Below, one piece after another: positions 38,576 to 44,427 of a stretch of DNA of 44,427 nt. The notes beneath the pieces were generated by a model that saw only the letters and a program-made list of their open reading frames with translations, ran no database searches and was not told the DNA's origin. The stretch spans positions 1 to 44,427 of the forward strand of contig QHUR01000033.1 in NCBI GenBank assembly GCA_003221995.1, written 5' to 3'. This DNA is from Gemmatimonadota bacterium (lineage in GTDB: Bacteria; Gemmatimonadota; Gemmatimonadetes; Gemmatimonadales; GWC2-71-9). Every line of letters starts with the position of its first letter. The stretch's first letter is position 1. A program made the position numbers and the translations under genes.

Positions 38576-40425
38576 GCCCTGGGCCTCTCCCCCAGCGCCT
38601 CGCGAATCTCCCCCGCCGCAGCGATCGCGTGGTCCACGTCGCGTGACAGGGCCCGCGCCTGTTGCGTCGCCTGCGTGAGGTCGTCCAGCACGGCCGCCAC
38701 TCCCGCTGAGCGGAGCCGCAGCAGGTCGAAGCGCACGTTCTGCATCGCCAGCACACACGACTCGACCTGATCCTCGATCAGCTGGCGGCGCGTCACGAGA
38801 TCGGTGAGCGTCTGCCGCTGCCGCGCGAGCAGGCCGAGCTGCCGCTCCCGCTCCGCCCCCTCCGGCTCCTGCTTCGTCGCCGCGATCTTCGCATCTAGGC
38901 GCGCCAGCGCGCTCTGGTCCACATCCGCGCTCATCGTATGGAGCATGCGGGCGAGCTCCTCGGCACGGTGCAGCAGCGCGTCCACCGTGTGCAGCACGTC
39001 CGGCAGCAGCTTCTTCTCCGACTTCGGTACGCGCTCGAGGATCTTGAGGATCGCCCTGCGGTCGTTGCGCGCCTGCTGGACCGCGCCCGTCTGGCGCCCG
39101 AACTCCCCACTCGTGGCGGGCGGGAGCTCGGCCGGCTTCGCTCCCGCGGCGAGCCCGAGACGGGCATCGGCGGCGTCGGGTGCGGGAGGCCGGTACAACA
39201 CGTCGCGCCAGGAGTAGCCGGCATGCCAGAGCCTGATGTAGCGCGGCACGAGACTGAACGCGGCCATGAAGCCCGCGACCATCAGCGACCAGCTGGGCAC
39301 ATGATGGCCCGTGAGGACATCGACCAGGAGCAGCGACCCACTCACCGAGGCCCACCGCACGAAACTGGCGCGCGCATCCCGCACGATTGCCGCCTCGCCG
39401 GCCTCTCCCAGCGGAGCGGGCTGCTCGGCGCGCCCCCGGCGGCTCGGCCGCCGGTCCCGCTCGCGCCCGCGTTGCGCGGGGGGGCCCAGCGGCGCCGGCC
39501 GCGGGGGGGCGTCACTGGAGCGGCGGGCGCCAGCGAGTGGACGCCGCGGCTGGTACGCGGTCGCCGTGCGCGCCTCGAGGGACCGGCGTAGCGCGTCGGC
39601 GGTGGGCCAGCGGTCCTCGGGATCCTTCTCGAGGCAGCGCATCACGCAGCTCTCGAGGTCGGGCGGGCAGTCGGGGCGCTTCGCGACGACGCGCGGCGCC
39701 GGCTCCGTGATGTGCTTCATCAGGATCCCCGGCACCGTCGGGGCGGAGAAGGGCAGCTCGCCCGTGAGCGTCTGGTAGGACACGACGCCGAGGCTGTAGA
39801 GGTCGGAGCGGCCGTCGATCTCCCGGTCGCCCGCCGCCTGCTCGGGGCTCATGTAGTGCGGTGTGCCGATGGCTACGCCGGTGGCCGTGAGCGTCGCGGG
39901 GCCCGTGGTGGAGGAGAGGGCCTTCGCGATTCCGAAATCCGTCACGACCACCCGGCCCCGGCTCCCTTCGAGCAGGATGTTGTCAGGCTTGACGTCGCGA
40001 TGGATGATGCCGACCGCGTGCGCGGCGCCCAGCGCGTCGGCGGTCTCGATCATGACCCGGCGCGCCTCCTCCGGAGGCAACCGGCCCCGGCGCTTGAGCC
40101 GGGCCGCGAGCGACTCCCCGTCGACATACGCCATCACGAAGTAGACGAGGCCGTCCGGACCTTCGCCGACGCTATGAATCGGCACGATGTGCGGGTGGGA
40201 GAGCTGAGCGGCGGTCTCCGCCTCGCGCAGGAACCGGATGCGGATCTCCTCGCGGAAGGCGAGCTCGGGCGGGAGCACCTTGACGGCCACCTGGCGCTTC
40301 AGGCGCTCGTCCCGCGCCTGATACACCACGCCCATCCCGCCGCGGCCGATCTCCCCCGCGATCGTGTAGGAGCTGCCCAGCGCCTTGCGCAGGCGCGTCA
40401 CCAGGGAGTTTTCGGCCTCGGCCAT
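38572..40425 (-). CDS. Hanks-type Ser/Thr protein kinase with two hydrophobic segments and a C-terminal coiled coil
   Basis: GRGGMGVVY, VAVK, HRDVKPDN, DFGIAK, GTPHYMSPEQ, SDLYSLG. Confidence 0.93.
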   Translation of the reverse strand: MAEAENSLVTRLRKALGSSYTIAGEIGRGGMGVVYQARDERLKRQVAVKVLPPELAFREEIRIRFLREAETAAQLSHPHIVPIHSVGEGPDGLVYFVMAYVDGESLAARLKRRGRLPPEEARRVMIETADALGAAHAVGIIHRDVKPDNILLEGSRGRVVVTDFGIAKALSSTTGPATLTATGVAIGTPHYMSPEQAAGDREIDGRSDLYSLGVVSYQTLTGELPFSAPTVPGILMKHITEPAPRVVAKRPDCPPDLESCVMRCLEKDPEDRWPTADALRRSLEARTATAYQPRRPLAGARRSSDAPPRPAPLGPPAQRGRERDRRPSRRGRAEQPAPLGEAGEAAIVRDARASFVRWASVSGSLLLVDVLTGHHVPSWSLMVAGFMAAFSLVPRYIRLWHAGYSWRDVLYRPPAPDAADARLGLAAGAKPAELPPATSGEFGRQTGAVQQARNDRRAILKILERVPKSEKKLLPDVLHTVDALLHRAEELARMLHTMSADVDQSALARLDAKIAATKQEPEGAERERQLGLLARQRQTLTDLVTRRQLIEDQVESCVLAMQNVRFDLLRLRSAGVAAVLDDLTQATQQARALSRDVDHAIAAAGEIREALGERPRA

Positions 40426-40517
40426 GCGGTTCCGCGAAGGAGTGCGCGGATAGATTTAGCGGCGCGCGGGCGGTCGTGCAACCTTCAAAAAGGGTTGGAC
40501 TTACACGTCAACGGAAC

Positions 40518-40601
40518 TTGGCCGCTAGCTTTTGGCCGTTGGCTGCTCCGCACGTGGCCAAGCGCCACCCTGACGGCTAAGGGCCAATGGCTAATGGCTC
40601 C
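40518..40601. repeat. Inverted pair of 7-bp tandem arrays (TTRGCYN x4 and its reverse complement x4)
   Basis: TTGGCCG CTAGCTT TTGGCCG TTGGCTG (40518-40545) and CGGCTAA GGGCCAA TGGCTAA TGGCTCC (40574-40601). Confidence 0.75.
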
Positions 40602-40667
40602 CTGGCAGTCTCCTGCCTCATTGGCCGCTTGCTACCGGAACGCGACACCCCATCGCGGCGTTAATTG

Positions 40668-40683
40668 TGGCACGGTCGATGCT
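40668..40683 (+). promoter_or_regulatory. Putative sigma54 (-24/-12) promoter for lon
   Basis: TGGCACG-GTCG-ATGCT versus consensus TGGCACG-N4-TTGCW, with correct GG/GC spacing. Confidence 0.6.
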
Positions 40684-40735
40684 GTGGCCATGTGGTACGT
40701 GGTGTGACGGACCATCTCCTGCTTGAGAGATCGCA

Positions 40736-43195
40736 ATGTCTGAGCGACTGACGCTCCCGGTGCTTCCGCTCCGGGACATGGTGCTGTTTCCCGGCGTCAC
40801 CGCGCCGATCGGCGCGGGGCGGCCGGCCACGCTGCGCGCCATCGAGGCGGCGCTGAAGCATCCGTCCCGCCGCGTGTTCGCGGTTGCCCAACGGGAAAAC
40901 GTGGACGCGGTAACGCCGGCCAGCCTTTATGGGATGGGCACGATCGCGCGCATCGGCCAGGTGCAGCGCGGGCTTGGCGGAGTACAGCTCATGCTGAACG
41001 GCGACGCCCGCGCGGTCGCATTGCAGTACCGTGAGACCGACGGCTACCTCGAAGCCGACCTGCGGGAGGCCGAGGAGCTTCCGCCCCTCAATGCAGAAGA
41101 CGCGGCGTTCGTGGCGCTGTACCGGGAGACCCGGCAACGCGCCGCCGAGCTGGGCCAGAAGTCCGGGCTCCCCGAGGAAGTGGTGAAGCAGGTCTTGGAG
41201 GGAGTCACCGATGCCGGCCGGTTCGCCGATCTCGTGGCGGGGTACCTCGAGGTGAAAGCGCCCGAGCGCCAGGCGCTGCTCGAGACCCTCGCAGTCGAGG
41301 AGCGATTGCGGCGGGTGCTGGTCCACATCCAGCGCCAGATCGGCGTCATCGACGCTCAGGAGGAGATCAAGTCGCAGGTCCAGGAGGAGCTGGGCGAGCG
41401 GCAGCGTGAGATGCTGCTGCGCGAGCAGCTGAAGGCGATCCGCAAGGAGTTGGGCGAGGAGGACGAGGGAAGCGAGGTCGCAGAGCTGCGCAAGCGGTTG
41501 GCGGAGCTGGAGCTTCCCGAGGCGGCGCGCAAGGAGGTGGAGCGGGAGCTGGCGAGGCTGGAGCGGGCGAACCGCGACTCGATGGAGGCCCAGGTGATCC
41601 GGACCTACCTCGAGACCATGGCGGAGTTGCCGTGGGGCACACGGGCCGACGAATCGCTCGACCTGAAGCGCGCGGCCGAGATCCTCGAGCAGGACCACTA
41701 CGGCCTGAAGGACGTCAAGGACCAGGTGCTCGAATTCCTGGCGGTGCGCCAGCTGCGGCAGCGCGAAGCCCCCTCGGCAGCCCCGAAGGAGCCCGCGCCC
41801 GAGGAGGGGCGCCGGCCGCAAGGGAACGAGGACGACAAACAGAAGGGGCACATTCTCCTGTTCGTCGGCCCGCCCGGCGTCGGCAAGACGTCGATCGCCA
41901 AATCGATCGCCCGCGCGATGGGCCGGCCCTACGTGCGCATCTCGTTGGGCGGCGCCCGCGACGAGGCGGACATCCGCGGCCACCGCCGGACCTACGTGGG
42001 CGCGATGCCCGGTCGCATCATCCAGGGGATGAAGCAGGCGGGCGCGAAAAACCCCGTGTTCCTGCTCGACGAGGTGGACAAGCTCGGCGTCTCGTTCCAG
42101 GGAGACCCGGCCGCCGCGCTGCTCGAGGTGCTGGATCCGGCCCAGAATGACTCGTTCACGGACCACTATCTCGGTGTGCCGTTTGACTTGTCCGAGGTGC
42201 TGTTCATCGCGACGGCGAACTTCCCCCAGAGCATCCCCGGTCCGCTGGTAGACCGCATGGAGGTGGTCAACTTCGCGGGCTACACCGAGCGGGAGAAGCT
42301 CGAGATCGCGAAGCGCTACCTCGTACCGCGCCAGCTGCGCGAGAACGGGCTGACCGTGGATCAGCTCGTTCTCACGGAGGCGGCCCTCTCGGACATCATC
42401 GCGAGCTACACGCGCGAGGCGGGCGTCCGCCAACTGGAGCGGGAGATCGGCAAGTTGGGGCGCCGGGTGGCGCGGAAGATCGCGACCGGCGAGGTCGACC
42501 GCCTGACCGTGGACCGGCTGGATGTCGAGGACCTGATTGGCCGGCCCAAAGTCCATCCGGAGCGCAAGGCGCGGGAGGACCAGATCGGCGTCGCCACGGG
42601 GATGTACTACACACCCGTCGGAGGGGACATCATGTTCGTCGAGGCGAGCGTGATGAAAGGGAAGGGCGAGCTCGTGCTCACGGGCCAGCTCGGCGACGTG
42701 ATGAAGGAATCGGCCCGTGCCGCGCTCACCTACGCGAAGTCGCACGCTGATCTGCTCGGCATCCCGGAAGAGGCGTTCAACGACACGGACATCCACGTCC
42801 ACGTGCCCGCGGGCGCCATCCCGAAGGACGGGCCGTCGGCCGGCGTTACGATGGCGACGGCGCTCGTGTCGGCGCTGTCCAGGCGTCCGGCCCGTCACGA
42901 CATCGCCATGACGGGGGAGGTCACGCTCCGCGGGCGGGTGCTGCCGATCGGCGGCGTCAAGGAGAAGGTGCTGGGCGCCGTACGAGCGGGGATCAAGACG
43001 ATCATCCTCCCCAAGGAGAACGAGGCGGACCTGCAGGATCTCCCGGAGGACGTGCGCAAGTGGTTGGACGTGCACGTCGCGGAGGAGCTGGGCGAGGTGT
43101 TGAGCCTGGCCCTGCGCGGCGCACGCTTCGAGGAGGGTCACCTCGTCTTCGAGGGCGAGGCGCCGATGGAGCCGAGTCTGGTCTCTAAGAACTGA
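40736..43195 (+). CDS. lon: ATP-dependent protease La (Lon)
   Basis: [44 protein letters not shown] (Ser), GGVKEK (Lys). Confidence 0.98.
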   Translation: MSERLTLPVLPLRDMVLFPGVTAPIGAGRPATLRAIEAALKHPSRRVFAVAQRENVDAVTPASLYGMGTIARIGQVQRGLGGVQLMLNGDARAVALQYRETDGYLEADLREAEELPPLNAEDAAFVALYRETRQRAAELGQKSGLPEEVVKQVLEGVTDAGRFADLVAGYLEVKAPERQALLETLAVEERLRRVLVHIQRQIGVIDAQEEIKSQVQEELGERQREMLLREQLKAIRKELGEEDEGSEVAELRKRLAELELPEAARKEVERELARLERANRDSMEAQVIRTYLETMAELPWGTRADESLDLKRAAEILEQDHYGLKDVKDQVLEFLAVRQLRQREAPSAAPKEPAPEEGRRPQGNEDDKQKGHILLFVGPPGVGKTSIAKSIARAMGRPYVRISLGGARDEADIRGHRRTYVGAMPGRIIQGMKQAGAKNPVFLLDEVDKLGVSFQGDPAAALLEVLDPAQNDSFTDHYLGVPFDLSEVLFIATANFPQSIPGPLVDRMEVVNFAGYTEREKLEIAKRYLVPRQLRENGLTVDQLVLTEAALSDIIASYTREAGVRQLEREIGKLGRRVARKIATGEVDRLTVDRLDVEDLIGRPKVHPERKAREDQIGVATGMYYTPVGGDIMFVEASVMKGKGELVLTGQLGDVMKESARAALTYAKSHADLLGIPEEAFNDTDIHVHVPAGAIPKDGPSAGVTMATALVSALSRRPARHDIAMTGEVTLRGRVLPIGGVKEKVLGAVRAGIKTIILPKENEADLQDLPEDVRKWLDVHVAEELGEVLSLALRGARFEEGHLVFEGEAPMEPSLVSKN

Positions 43196-43772
43196 CGGCG
43201 CGCACGCCGTTGACCACGAGATCCACCGCAGCCTCCTTCCACCGTTCCCGCAACGTAGGCTCGTCCGCCCCCAGCGGGGCCGCGCTTGCCGCGATGAGCG
43301 ACTCGAGCTGCAGGTAGGCCACCATCAGTACCAGCGCTTGCGCCGCCGTGACGTGGGGGTCGAGATCGTCCCGCACCTGACCGAGCCCCTGCCCCTCGGC
43401 GAGCAGCACCACTAGCCGCTTGATCGCCGGCGTGAAGGGGCGGGCGTCCGAGCGCTGGGCCTGGCTCAACAGCGTGACGAGCTCGGGGTGCGACGCGAGG
43501 AATTCGAATTGCGCCCGCAGCGCGTGCTGCAGCCGTTCCAGAGGTGATCCCGAGAGGGGCGGGATGTCGGCGAGCGCCCGCTCCAGCTCCGCTGCGCCGC
43601 GCGCGAGCACGGCCTGGAAGAGTCCCCGCTTCGAGTGGTAGTAGTAGAACAGCAGCTGCTTGTTTACTCCGGCGTGGCGGGCAACCCGCTGCACGCGCGC
43701 CCCCGCGTAGCCCTGGCTCGCAAACTCGTCTCGGGCTGCCGCGATGATCCGTAGTGCCCTACCATTACTCAA
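43185..43772 (-). CDS. TetR/AcrR family transcriptional regulator
   Basis: IIAAARDEFASQGYAGARVQRVARHAGVNKQLLFYYYHSKRGLF HTH. Confidence 0.92.
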   Translation of the reverse strand: MSNGRALRIIAAARDEFASQGYAGARVQRVARHAGVNKQLLFYYYHSKRGLFQAVLARGAAELERALADIPPLSGSPLERLQHALRAQFEFLASHPELVTLLSQAQRSDARPFTPAIKRLVVLLAEGQGLGQVRDDLDPHVTAAQALVLMVAYLQLESLIAASAAPLGADEPTLRERWKEAAVDLVVNGVRAVSS

Positions 43773-43788
43773 CTTGGGTGGCAGGAGG

Positions 43789-44427
43789 CTAATTCCTCAA
43801 CCAGATGGTTGATGAAATGTAGGGTCCTCGCCCTACCCACGCCAGGTTCTCCGGTACGCGCGGTAGCCCCTGAGTGAGGAAGCGGATGAGGAAGCGATTT
43901 GTCTCTGCCGGGGCCTCTTCCTGCACCGCATGGCCGGCGTGAGGAACGATGACAAAGGCTGCGCGCAGGAGCTGAGCGGCAATGGCCCGGCCCGCGCCGA
44001 GCGGAACCCAGCGGTCCTCGGCACCCCAGATGAGGAGCGTCGCGGGCTGGATCCGCTCGAGGCGGCCGTCCAGGGCGTTGAAGTCAAACTCGCGCAGCAC
44101 CGCTCGCAGCGCGGCGCCGTAGGCAGGGTACGCAACCGCAGCATAGTACTGATCGACGTCCGCGGGCGTGACCTTCTCTGGATCGGCGTAAGTGGACCGG
44201 AGGAGCCGCTCAGTGAGGCTGCGGCCGCGGAACGACACCATCAGGGGGCCGAGCACGGGCCAGCGGGCCACCTTGAACAGCAGGGGTTCGCGGGCGCCGA
44301 GTCCGGCCGCGCCGATGAGCACGAGGCCGCGGACGCGCCGCGGGTCGCGGATCGCTACCTCGGCGGCGATCGCGCCCCCCATCGAGTGTCCCACCAGCAC
44401 GGCATCCTGAATGTGAAGCGAGTCCAG
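43789..44427 (-). CDS. Alpha/beta fold hydrolase (5'-truncated by window edge)
   Basis: GHSMGG nucleophile elbow, IWGAEDRW, AGHAVQEE; frame stays open to the window end. Confidence 0.9.
   Translation of the reverse strand: MDSLHIQDAVLVGHSMGGAIAAEVAIRDPRRVRGLVLIGAAGLGAREPLLFKVARWPVLGPLMVSFRGRSLTERLLRSTYADPEKVTPADVDQYYAAVAYPAYGAALRAVLREFDFNALDGRLERIQPATLLIWGAEDRWVPLGAGRAIAAQLLRAAFVIVPHAGHAVQEEAPAETNRFLIRFLTQGLPRVPENLAWVGRGPYISSTIWLRN

Noticed and set aside
40426-40735. tRNA, riboswitch or CIRCE element in the largest intergenic region
   Set aside because: I could not see a cloverleaf or T-loop, a TTAGCACTC-N9-GAGTGCTAA motif or a recognisable aptamer; a covariance-model search would be needed to exclude these fully.
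40661-43141. Long antisense ORFs (826 aa here; also 2266-4101, 5386-7026, 24022-25743, 30968-32785, 33346-35475, 36734-39355)
   Set aside because: They mirror well-supported genes on the opposite strand or frame, have no recognisable motifs, and are expected in GC-rich DNA.

Overview
High-GC (roughly 70% by eye), gene-dense bacterial chromosome segment. Gene content and style suggest Gemmatimonadota, but that is an unverified inference. It is mostly core genome. From left to right: the 3' end of a suf operon (sufD-sufS-sufU) with a coupled ABC-2 transporter; an inverted-repeat-flanked four-helix-bundle gene; mnmG, two tandem parS sites, parA-parB, an M23 peptidase and a bactofilin; Nif3 and an MFS gene; queG between two small ORFs; a tightly coupled 7-gene run (class V aminotransferase, LOG, deoxyhypusine-synthase-like, MFS, Ddl-like ATP-grasp, four-zinc-ribbon metallopeptidase, atypical Asp/Glu racemase); glpD, fadI-fadJ, proline dehydrogenase, rsgA, a MazG-like gene, DUF1015, PfpI, an amidohydrolase, a flavin reductase, a fused 2-oxoacid dehydrogenase E1, a membrane-fused spermidine-synthase-like gene, a Ser/Thr kinase, lon, TetR and a truncated alpha/beta hydrolase. 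I found no rRNA, tRNA, CRISPR array, transposase or integrase. Best candidates for undescribed biology: (1) the ATP-grasp / zinc-ribbon peptidase / atypical racemase / MFS module, which may make or edit a D-amino-acid peptide; (2) the four-helix-bundle (Avd/IVS-like) cassette enclosed by nested inverted repeats, together with 7-8 bp tandem arrays at several gene junctions, including an 'empty' inverted heptamer pair upstream of lon.
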